30,504 nt of DNA, taken from contig NIVC01004946.1 in the NCBI GenBank assembly GCA_002269645.1, positions 1-30,504 on the forward strand, given 5' to 3'. The number at the start of each line of letters is the position of its first letter. The stretch's first letter is position 1. This document shows positions 21,329 to 30,504 of the stretch, one piece after another. The position numbers and the translations under genes were made by a program. Source of the stretch: Macrostomum lignano (Eukaryota). The notes under the pieces were generated by a model. The model was not told the origin of the DNA. It ran no database searches and saw only the letters and a program-made list of their open reading frames with translations.

Positions 21329-21368
<40 letters not shown>

Positions 21369-21386
21369 GGTCTGTCTGTTTGTACA

Positions 21387-21417
<31 letters not shown>

Positions 21418-21445
21418 GGTCTGTCTGTTTGTACAGTCTGTCTGT
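20086..21445. repeat. Complex TCTG/TG/TCCG microsatellite with an ~550-bp higher-order duplication
   Basis: Direct reading; identical ORF starts at 20560/21112 and 20562/21114 are offset by 552 bp. Confidence 0.95.
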
Positions 21446-22144
21446 ATTTCTATTTGATTTTATAGCAGCAAAGTCAGACAAAAGTTGCAACAAAAAAGCA
21501 GCTTAGCCAAATGACCACCAGAATGTCAAGGCCCGACTAAATGCTTCGGACACAAACACACAGGTATATTGTGACAAGCAGACCGGAACTGATGGTGAAT
21601 GGCACACCAAGCTGGCAGACTCGCAAGCTTTACTGACGATCAAGATAGCAATAAATATAATATTCACACAGCGAAGCCAAGGACCAAGGCATCCGCTACC
21701 TACTATCCGCTGCCTACCTATCGATTCAATATTGTATAACACTGGCTCGCACAGAGGTTGCAACACAGACACGCCAGACAGGGTAAACAAGGAGCCAAAC
21801 AAAGATAATATGAAATGGATTTAACAATAACAAACTAGCACAGATACTAAAGCAAGCATTATACGTGATTGTTAAGATTTTTTGCTAAAAAATAAACATG
21901 ACTAAACTGTATAAGCTATATTTATACACATCAGTCAATTTACAGTATACATTAAGCATTAAATCTTTCATTATATCAGCAATACAATGCAATGGGCGCT
22001 CGACAAAGTAGACCTACAACTATATATGTAAATTGCATAGCCAGATAAATATATAAATATAAGCATTTGACAATTATACGCATTTATATAGGGATATGCG
22101 ATTGTATGTTAAGGAATACTGAATATAGACATATAGTACATAGG

Positions 22145-22965
22145 AAAGATAAGACAGGGGAGGAAAGAGGAGATAGAAAGAGAAGGGAGAAAAGAGAGGG
22201 GAGAGGAGAGCGAAGGGAGGGAGGGGAGAAGAGAGAGGGAAGAGGGGAGAGGGAAGAAAGAGAGGGTAGAAGGGAGACGGAGGAAGGGACAGGGGAGAAG
22301 AGGGAGGGAAGAAGGGAGAGAGAGGGGAGAAGAGAGAAGGGAGAGGAGGAGAGGGGAGAGAATGGAGAGGAGAAAGGGAGAGGGGAGAAGAGAGAAGGGA
22401 GAGGAGGAGAGGGGAGAGAAGGGAGAGGAGAAAGGGAGAGGGGAGAAGAGAGAAGGGAGAGGAGGAGAGGGGAGAGAAGGGAGAGGAGAAAGGGAGAGGG
22501 GAGAAGAGAGAAGAGAAGAGAGGGGAGGGGAGGAGAGGGGAGAAAGGAAGAGGAGAGGAGGGAGAGGGGAGAAGGGAGAGGGGATAAGGAAGAGAAGGGA
22601 GAGGGGAGAAGGGAGAGGGGATAAGGAAGAGAAGGGAGAGGGGATAAGGAAGAGAAGGGAGAGGGGAGAAGGGAGAGGGGAGAAGAGAAAGAGAAGAGAG
22701 AGGAGAGGGGAGGAGAGGGGAGGAGAGGGGAGAAGGGAGAGGGGAGAAGGGAGAGAAGGGAGTGGGGAGAAGGGAGAGGGGAGAAGAGAAAGGGGAGAAG
22801 AGAGAGGAGAGGGGAGGAGAGGGGAGGAGAGGGGAGAAGGGAGAGGGGAGAAGGGAGAGGAGAGAAGGGAGAGTGGAGAGAGAAGGAAGGGGATATTGGA
22901 AAGGAGAGGAAATAGAGGGAAGGAGAGACGCAAGTTGCGAGAGTGAAAGACAGAGACACAAAATA
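22145..22965. repeat. ~820-bp polypurine (GA-rich) low-complexity tract
   Basis: Almost exclusively G and A on the plus strand, built of GGGAGAGGGGAGAA-type units. Confidence 0.95.
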
Positions 22966-23384
22966 GATTGATTTACAATGTTCACAACAGTGTTCTGTTA
23001 TGGTAATGTCTGTATTCACAATGACAGTGATTAAACATTCACAAGCAGTGATCAGTCTGAACTAGATAGCCAAAATTAAAATAAGACCCACGCCTGGTCA
23101 GCGCGCGTTAAAATTTAGACATTTTATAATTGGTGTTGGTTAGTGGCAAGAATTCTTCAGACAGGGACTGGGCACTGCCAGCTCGAAACAGAAAATCAAA
23201 ATAATAAGCCATGCGGTCTTAAACTGAAATCCATTTTAAACGTAGCTCGTACGCCATACTAAGCAAAATTTGTTCGAAGTGCAATAGTGGAGATGCACTT
23301 TGACAAGGAAAATATTTTAGCGAATTTCTCGGGCCAACAGCATAATTTTGTTTTTGTACAGTAACTCAGAATTAAACTCGCCCC

Positions 23385-23872
23385 TACTAGACCTAGTCCC
23401 AAAGTACACTGATTCTATTTATAGAAGCAAAACTCTAGCCCCACTTATCTAGACTCAAAGTACACTGATTCTATTTATAGAAGCAAAACTCTAACCCCAC
23501 TTATCTAGACACAAAGTGCACTGATTCTATTTATAGAAGCAAAACTCTAGCCCCACTTATCTAGACTCAAAGTACACTGATTCTATTTATAGAAGCAAAA
23601 CTCTAGCCCCACTTATCTAGACTCAAAGTGCACTGATTCTATTTATAGAAGCAAAACTCTAGCCCCACTTATCTAGACTCAAAGTGCACTGATTCTATTT
23701 ATAGAAGCAAAACTCTAGCCCCACTTATCTAGACTCAAAGTGCACTGATTCTATTTATAGAAGCAAAACTCTAGCCCCACTTATCTAGACTCAAAATACA
23801 CTGATTCTATTTAGAAGCAAAACTCTAGCCCCACTTATCTAGACTCAAAATACACTGGTTCTATTTATAGAA
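23385..23872. repeat. 56-bp minisatellite, ~8.5 copies, 3' of the SOS-like stop
   Basis: Unit AAAGT[A/G]CACTGATTCTATTTATAGAAGCAAAACTCTAGCCCCACTTATCTAGACTC; starts at 23401, 23457 and onward. Confidence 0.95.
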
Positions 23873-23967
23873 TCGAATTTTTAGTATATTGGATTCTCTA
23901 ACGCCCAGTCTAGTCCAGTGTACACTGATTTCATTTTTAGCATCAGGCCTAGCCTTTGTTAAAGTAT

Positions 23968-24182
23968 TCAACCATGCGGCGGCTGCTGCTGACCCAGAGA
24001 GCCGATCACCCGGCCGCCTGGGTTCTGTCGGGGCGGCACGGCGGGCGGTCTAGAGGCCGCCAGCCTAGGCGGACGATCTGGCGGCTTTACCGACACTGAA
24101 GCATTCCTCGGAGGCGGCTGCGGCGGCAGTTGTTGAATCGTGGGACCAGATGGAACCGGGTCCGACACGCTGCGAGAGTGAT
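23968..24182 (-). CDS. SOS: SOS-like RasGEF, last exon (proline-rich SH3-ligand tail)
   Basis: Acceptor cccgcag|AT (phase 1); motifs PPQPPPR, PPDRPPR and PPAVPPR (PxxPxR type); TGA at 23970-23968. Confidence 0.8.
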
Positions 24183-24405
24183 CTGCGGGTTGCATTGGCA
24201 AGCGATAATTCAGATAATTCAGAATAGCAGCAACTGTAGAGGGAGGATAGGGGCTGTATGGCATGCAATAAAATGCAAAAATTTAATACAAGAAATGAAG
24301 ATTAACAAATAGGAAAAATGTATTAACAAAAACGTGCTGTACTACTAAAAGTAACTAGAGGAAAACGCATTGGTGTGGTGAGATTCTATTAGCCAAAAAT
24401 TGTTT

Positions 24406-25909
24406 GAATGGCTAGATTAGCAATCATTTTAGATTCCATCATTTGTCATGATTGGCTAGATTAGCAATCCATTCTAGACTCCATTATTTGTCATGATTGG
24501 CTAGATTAGCAATCCATTCTAGACTCCATTATTTGTCATGATTGGCTAGATTAGCAATCCATTCTAGACTCCATTATTTGTCATGATTGGCTAGATTAGC
24601 AATCCATTCTAGACTCCATTATTTGTCATGATTGGCTAGATTAGCAATCCATTCTAGACTCCATTATTTGTCATGATTGGCTAGATTAGCAATCCATTCT
24701 AGACTCCATTATTTGTCATGATTGGCTAGATTAGCAATCCATTCTAGACTCCATTATTTGTCATGATTGGCTAGATTAGCAATCCATTCTAGACTCCATT
24801 ATTTGTCATGATTGGCTAGATTAGCAATCCATTCTAGACTCCATTATTTGTCATGATTGGCTAGATTAGCAATCCATTCTAGACTCCATTATTTGTCATG
24901 ATTGGCTAGATTAGCAATCCATTCTAGACTCCATTATTTGTCATGATTGGCTAGATTAGCAATCCATTCTAGACTCCATTATTTGTCATGATTGGCTAGA
25001 TTAGCAATCCATTCTAGACTCCATTATTTGTCATGATTGGCTAGATTAGCAATCCATTCTAGACTCCATTATTTGTCATGATTGGCTAGATTAGCAATCC
25101 ATTCTAGACTCCATTATTTGTCATGATTGGCTAGATTAGCAATCCATTCTAGACTCCATTATTTGTCATGATTGGCTAGATTAGCAATCCATTCTAGACT
25201 CCATTATTTGTCATGATTGGCTAGATTAGCAATCCATTCTAGACTCCATTATTTGTCATGATTGGCTAGATTAGCAATCCATTCTAGACTCCATTATTTG
25301 TCATGATTGGCTAGATTAGCAATCCATTCTAGACTCCATTATTTGTCATGATTGGCTAGATTAGCAATCCATTCTAGACTCCATTATTTGTCATGATTGG
25401 CTAGATTAGCAATCCATTCTAGACTCCATTATTTGTCATGATTGGCTAGATTAGCAATCCATTCTAGACTCCATTATTTGTCATGATTGGCTAGATTAGC
25501 AATCCATTCTAGACTCCATTATTTGTCATGATTGGCTAGATTAGCAATCCATTCTAGACTCCATTATTTGTCATGATTGGCTAGATTAGCAATCCATTCT
25601 AGACTCCATTATTTGTCATGATTGGCTAGATTAGCAATCCATTCTAGACTCCATTATTTGTCATGATTGGCTAGATTAGCAATCCATTCTAGACTCCATT
25701 ATTTGTCATGATTGGCTAGATTAGCAATCCATTCTAGACTCCATTATTTGTCATGATTGGCTAGATTAGCAATCCATTCTAGACTCCATTATTTGTCATG
25801 ATTGGCTAGATTAGCAATCCATTCTAGACTCCATTATTTGTCATGATTGGCTAGATTAGCAATCCATTCTAGACTCCATTATTTGTCATGATTGGCTAGA
25901 TTAGCAATC
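24406..25909. repeat. 45-bp satellite-like array: 32 identical copies, one degenerate leading copy and a partial final copy, intronic
   Basis: The unit GATTGGCTAGATTAGCAATCCATTCTAGACTCCATTATTTGTCAT runs from 24450 to 25889 without visible variants or spacers. Confidence 0.98.
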
Positions 25910-26394
25910 TATTTTATTCCTACGTAAACTATAAGATCGACCTAATGATCAATCTATTAAAATAGTTTTCATAAAACTACGAACGAACTACTGCAAACTA
26001 CTGGACCCAATCAAGAGCCAAGGCAAGACCAAGATCAACTACTCTCATAACTGTCTCTAATTTATTAGCTCGTAAGCATGAGCTCTATGCTAAGGATAAA
26101 GTCACAAGTGCTTTATCTACACGAGTGCTAAAAAGGTGCTTGAAAGAAAGGCAAATGAAAGTTTAGAAATTAAGCAAACAGCGACAGACACATTACTATA
26201 AGCAGCGATATCAAGCAGACACTGTGACCGCAATTTGAAAATTTTATCACGATACCGTCTGAGTCAGCTGGGTGCTCCACGCTTTCAATTACTGCAAATT
26301 GGAAGCCAGTCAAATAGCGCTCATTGATCAGTTCACAGAGAAGTGTGGCAGCGAGGGTTACAGACGTTCATTAAGCCTTAACGATGATCATCAC

Positions 26395-26633
26395 AGAGGA
26401 TCAAGGAGGTTCATCAAGGAGGTTTATCAAAGAGCTTTAACAAGGAGGTTCAACAAGGAGGTTCATCAAGGAGGTTCACCAAGAAGGTTTATCAAGGAAG
26501 TTCATCAGATGTTCATCAAGGAGTTTCATAAGGAGGCTCAAGGAGGTTCATCAAGGAGGTTCATCAAGGAGGTTCATCAAGGAGGCTAATCAAGGAGGTT
26601 CATCAAAAATGTTCAACAAGGAGGTTCATCAAG
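26395..26633. repeat. 13-bp minisatellite (CAAGGAGGTTCAT), ~18 copies, intronic
   Basis: Direct reading; ORF 26272 is largely its translation. Confidence 0.9.
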
Positions 26634-26700
26634 TAGATCCAGCGCATGCAACTGTGTAGAAAGCAAGGTAAATAATGAATTAAACGGTTTTGCAACTCAC

Positions 26701-26979
26701 TCGGTGACGGAGCGATTGAGCCTTCAGGCGACGGTCCCGCCGTTGATGCCGCAGTCGCCGAAGTTGTTGAAGATACTGACGACTGCTGCTGGGGATGCGG
26801 TTGGTGCTGCTGATGATGATGATGATGCAGATGCGGCAGCTGCGGAGGACCGCCGCTGGCTGCTGCAGTGGACAGGGTCAGGAGGCTGCGACCGAGAGCC
26901 GCTGTTGCACCGGCCGCTTTGACGACGCCGGCACCGCGGCCAGAATTTGAAGACGGCGAGCGAAGGCATTCGGGAGAAT
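26701..26979 (-). CDS. SOS: SOS-like RasGEF exon (post-Cdc25 low-complexity His/Gln/Ser-rich region; one frameshift near the 5' end)
   Basis: Acceptor accgccag|A and donor A|gtgagt. Starts RFSRMP (compare SOS PRFPKK), then ..GPPQLPHLHHHHHQQHQPHPQQQSS..EGSIAPSP. Confidence 0.7.
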
Positions 26980-27177
26980 CTGGCGGTGGAGAGACACAGT
27001 GCAGTCACATTCATTTTGGGATTAAAATGGAATCTGGCTCTGCTTGTGTAATTAACGGCCTTGAGGGCCAACCCCCACGGCACAGTGAAGTGTATGTACA
27101 TGCGACCTCATTCCAGCCAATCAGTAACAAAACGTACCTCAGCTACTCAACCAAAGCAATAAAAGCACAGCGCAAAC

Positions 27178-27329
27178 CTCCTTTCTCCTCGCCGCTTCAA
27201 CGCGTCCTCGTCGGCGTCCTTGGGCTCCAGGTCGTAGCTCATCCTGTAGAACAGGTCGTCCAGCGCCTGCTGGTTCTGGCTGGTGTCGTCCACCTCGTCC
27301 AGTTTCCGGTCGCCCATTGGGTCGATAGA
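27178..27329 (-). CDS. SOS: SOS-like RasGEF exon (end of the Cdc25 domain)
   Basis: Acceptor aaattcag|TCT and donor AG|gtttgc. SIDPMGD...ALDDLFYRMSYDLEPK aligns to SOS LNPMGN..FTDYLFNKSLEIEPR. Confidence 0.85.
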
Positions 27330-27351
27330 CTGAATTTTTTAAAAAAACTTA

Positions 27352-28499
27352 AGCTGAATGACCCCTGAAGCTTTATCTGAATGACCACTGAAGCATTATC
27401 TGAATCACTCTAAACCATTAGCTAAATGACTCCTGAAGCTTTATTTGAATGACCACTGAAGCTTTATCTGAATGACCCTGAAGCTTTATCTGAATCACTC
27501 TAAACCATTAGCTAAATGACTCCTGAAGCTTTATTTGAATGACCACTGAAGCTTTATCTGAATGACCCTGAAGCTTTATCTGAATCACTCTAAACCATTA
27601 GCTAAATGACTCCTGAAGCTTTATCTGAATGACCACTGAAGCTTTATCTGAATGACCCTGAAGCTTTATCTGAATGACCACTGAAGCTTTATCTGAATGA
27701 CCCTGAAGCTTTATCTGAATCACTCTAAACCATTAGCTAAATGACTCCTGAAGCTTTATCTGAATGACCACTGAAGCTTTATCTGAATGACCCTGAAGCT
27801 TTATCTGAATCACTCTAAACCATTAGCTAAATGACTCCTGAAGCTTTATCTGAATGACCACTGAAGCTTTATCTGAATGACTCTAAACCATTAGCTAAAT
27901 GACTCCTGAAGCTTTATCTAAATGACCACTGAAGCTTTATCTGAATGACTCTGAAGCTTTATCTGAATCACTCTAAACCATTAGCTAAATGACTCCTGAA
28001 GCTTTATCTGAATGACCCTGAAGCTTTATCTGAATCACTCTAAACCATTAGCTAAATGACTCCTGAAGCTTTATCTGAATGACCCTGAAGCTTTATCTGA
28101 ATCACTCTAAACCATTAGCTAAATGACTCCTGAAGCTTTATTTGAATGACCCCTGAAGCTTTATATGAATGACCCTGAAGCTTTAGCTAAATGACTCCTG
28201 AAGTTTGATCTGAATGACCTCTGAAGCTCTATCTGAATGACCCTGAAGCTTTATCTGAATGATACCTGAAGCTTTATCTGAATGAGCCCTAAAGCTTTAC
28301 TGAATGACCCTGAAGCATTAGCTAAATGACTCCTGAAGTTTGATCTGAATGACCCCTGAAGCTTTGTCTGAATGACTCTGAAGCTAATCTGAATGACCCT
28401 GAAGCATTAGCTAAATGACTCCTGAAGCTTTATCTGAATGACCCTGAAGCTTTATCTGAATGACCCTGAAGCTTTATCTGAATGACTCCTGAAGCTTTA
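27352..28499. repeat. 22/23-bp minisatellite (TGAAGCTTTATCTGAATGACCC) with a 90-bp higher-order unit, filling a SOS-like intron
   Basis: Direct reading; the higher-order unit recurs at 27421, 27511 and 27601. Confidence 0.95.
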
Positions 28500-28500
28500 C

Positions 28501-28803
28501 CTGCACAAACTGCTGAATCCGGGCACTCCCGCAGCTGGTAGGCCGTGTCCTTGGCCCTGAACAGTTCGTCGATTCGGTCGGCAACTTGACGATAGCGAAA
28601 GAACGGCACCAGAACGGTGGAATCGGCCTCGGCATCGCAGAGCAGCTGCAGCGATTCTGGCAACTCTTTCTGCCTGGCTCGATTGATTTCCAGGATGCGG
28701 AAATATGCAGCTCAGGTGTAGCGCAGGTTGGGCACGCAGGCGCTGGACAGAGAGCGGAGCAGTCATCGTACTTGGCCAGATTGTTGCTGTTGCTGACCAG
28801 CTC
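28501..28803 (-). CDS. SOS: SOS-like RasGEF exon (Cdc25 helical hairpin region; several indels)
   Basis: Acceptor cattccag|GAG and donor CAG|gtaaag. ELVSNSNNLAKY..LRSLSSACVPNLRY...FRILEIN...LVPFFRYRQVADRIDELFRAKDTAYQL aligns to SOS KLRSINPPCVPFFGIYL...[26 protein letters not shown]. Confidence 0.85.
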
Positions 28804-28834
28804 CTGGAATGAGGTGAATTGGATGAGACAGGGT

Positions 28835-29482
28835 TAGATTAAATTGAGATAGGGGTGAGATTCGATTGAGAAAGGGTGTGAGATTCGATTGAGACAGGGG
28901 TGAGATTCGATTGAGACAGAGTTGAGATTCGATTGAGACAGGGGTGGGATTCGATGGAGACAGGGGGGATTCGATTGAGACAGGGGTGAGATTCGAGTGA
29001 GACCAGGGTTAGATTAAATTGAGATAGGGGAAAGATTTGATTGAGAAGCGGTTGAGAGTCAACGAGATGTGAGATTTACAGAGATTGGAGAGAGATTCGC
29101 TGAGATTATGGTGAGATTCACGAGAGTTTGGGTGAGATTCGCTGAGATTATGGTGAGATTCACCGAGAGTTTGGGTGAGATTCGCTGAGATTATGGTGAG
29201 ATTCACCGAGACTTTGGATGAGATTCGCTGAGATTGCGGTGAGATTCGCTGAGATTGAGGTGAGATTCGCTGAAACTTAGATGAGATTTTCTGAGATCAG
29301 GGTGAGATTCGCTTGAGAATAGAATGAGATTCGCTGAGACTCGGGTGAGATTCGCTGAGATTATAGTGAGATTCGCTGGGGTGAGATTCGCTGAGATTGG
29401 TGAGATTCGCTGAGATTGGGTGAGATTTGCTGAGATTGAGGTAAGATTTGCTGAGATTGGGTGAGATTCGCTGAGATTGGGG
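28835..29482. repeat. Two related minisatellites: ~22-bp GAGATTCGATTGAGACAGGGGT and ~20-bp GAGATTCGCTGAGATT[G/A]GGT, intronic
   Basis: Direct reading; both share GAGATTCG. Confidence 0.9.
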
Positions 29483-29588
29483 GATATTTACTTGAGATGA
29501 GATTGTATGAGATAGGGATATGAGCAATCAAACAGATTCTCAGACATAAAAGTGAGATATATTTTCCGCCAACAAAAAGCTCGCTCAC

Positions 29589-29741
29589 CTGCATCTGCTG
29601 CAAGAATGAGTTCTCCCGGCCGTTTTTAATCAGTTTCCAGGTGTGCTGCAGCCTAATGTACTGCACAGACGAGTTCACAAAGACGCTGTCCAAGGCTGCC
29701 AGGCCAAGGAAATTGTTGAGATCGCGAAAGTGCCTCATAAT
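29589..29741 (-). CDS. SOS: SOS-like RasGEF exon (Cdc25 domain, LNNF motif), intact 51 codons
   Basis: Acceptor ctctcgcag|ATT and donor CAG|gtgag. IMRHFRDLNNFLGLAALDSVFVNSSVQYIRLQHTWKLI aligns to SOS [33 protein letters not shown]. Confidence 0.9.
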
Positions 29742-29842
29742 CTGCGAGAGGGTAAAGCATTGCTAATCGGTGGTAGAGAACCACGAAAGATTGCCCCTTA
29801 ATTCCTTTGAGAATCGCTGTTCGACCTTTTATAATCTCTTGA

Positions 29843-30392
29843 AGAATCCCCCACAATCCCCAGCCAATCATGAAGAATCGCCCACAGTCTCCAGCCAATC
29901 ATGAGGAATCGCCCACAATACCAGCCAATCATGAGTAATCGCCCACAATCCCCAGCCAATCAGGAGGAATCGCCCACAATCCCCAGCCAATCAGGAGGAA
30001 TCGTCCACAATCCCCAGCCAATCAGGAGGAATCGTCCACAATCCCCAGCCAATCAGGAGGAATCGTCCACAATCCCCAGCTAATCAGGAGGAATCGCCCA
30101 CAACCCCAGCCAATCATGAGGAATCGCCCACAATCCCCAGCCAATCATGAGGAATCGCCCACAATCCCCAGCCAATCATGAGGAATCGCCCACAATCCCC
30201 AGCAATCATGAGGAATCGCCCACAATCCCCAGCCAATCATGAGGAATCGCCCGCAATCCCCAGCGAATCATGAGGAATCGCCCACAATCCCCAGTCAATC
30301 ATGAGGAATCGCCCACAATCCTCAGCCAATCATGAGGAATCGCCCACAATCCCCAGCCAATCATGAGGAATCGCCCGCAATCCCCAGCGAAT
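29843..30392. repeat. 31-bp minisatellite (GAGGAATCGCCCACAATCCCCAGCCAATCAT), ~17 copies, intronic
   Basis: Direct reading; starts at 30121 and 30152 confirm the period. Confidence 0.95.
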
Positions 30393-30403
30393 CCTGGTCT
30401 AAC

Positions 30404-30504
30404 CTCGTAGACCCGCAGCAGAACGTAGCGCCTCTCCTCCAGATTTGCGTGCTGAGAATGTTACTGCAGCACCACCAGGTGAGCCGATTAGTGTAGCGAA
30501 TCAG
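30404..30504 (-). CDS. SOS: SOS-like RasGEF exon, truncated by the window edge (one single-base deletion)
   Basis: LIRYTNRLTWWCCSNILST.NLEERRYVLLRVYE aligns to SOS [34 protein letters not shown]; donor GAG|gttag at 30404/30403. Confidence 0.85.

Noticed and set aside
20072-21506. Long hydrophobic ORFs (VCLS repeats, up to 418 aa) and QTDR-repeat ORFs, including those at 14179-14970
   Set aside because: Translations of TCTG/CAGA microsatellites.
21503-21802. Small secreted Ly6-like protein (hydrophobic stretch followed by LVCH)
   Set aside because: Alternative start codon, and no phase-compatible downstream exon with the required cysteines was found at 19650-20080.
22067-23019. Arg/Glu/Gly-rich and Pro/Ser/Leu-rich ORFs of 185-311 aa
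   Set aside because: Translations of the polypurine tract.
24406-25909. CRISPR array (hairpin-containing ~45-bp period)
   Set aside because: There are no unique spacers, the whole unit is invariant, there are no cas genes, and it lies in a eukaryotic intron.

Overview
This is eukaryotic (metazoan) genomic DNA with GC-rich exons and repeat-filled introns. The architecture is reminiscent of the flatworm Macrostomum, but that is an inference and no database search was run. Four spliced genes were reconstructed by hand from GT-AG sites and phase matching. (1) The 5' part of a RING/B-box/coiled-coil TRIM2/3-like E3 ligase (minus strand, exons 1693-1862 and 699-1282, continuing out of the window). 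(2) A complete, frame-intact 5-exon 6-TM TRP-like cation channel of about 710-731 aa (plus strand, 8846-14571). (3) A multi-exon single-pass membrane protein with CUB-like modules (plus strand, about 16452-19530). (4) The 3' part of a SOS-like Cdc25 RasGEF with a proline-rich tail (minus strand, six exons, 23968 to beyond 30504). Genes 1, 3 and 4 carry several single-base indels, so they are either sequencing errors or decaying copies; gene 2 has none. Mobile elements: a 1.86-kb non-autonomous DNA transposon with about 70-bp TIRs and a 7-bp TSD, holding a nested 47-bp mini-MITE with its own 7-bp TSD and an RTE-like LINE fragment with an inverted partial copy; one clear tRNA/CORE-type SINE; and one probable SINE. 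The most striking pattern is that 10 of 11 introns longer than 400 bp each contain their own private minisatellite. Several arrays are built on or abut splice sites, four carry CCAATC in essentially every unit, an E2F-motif array sits upstream of the TRIM gene, and an exonic 40-bp repeat has exactly six copies, which preserves frame. There is no CRISPR array, rRNA or intact tRNA. Most ORFs in the supplied track are translations of repeats.
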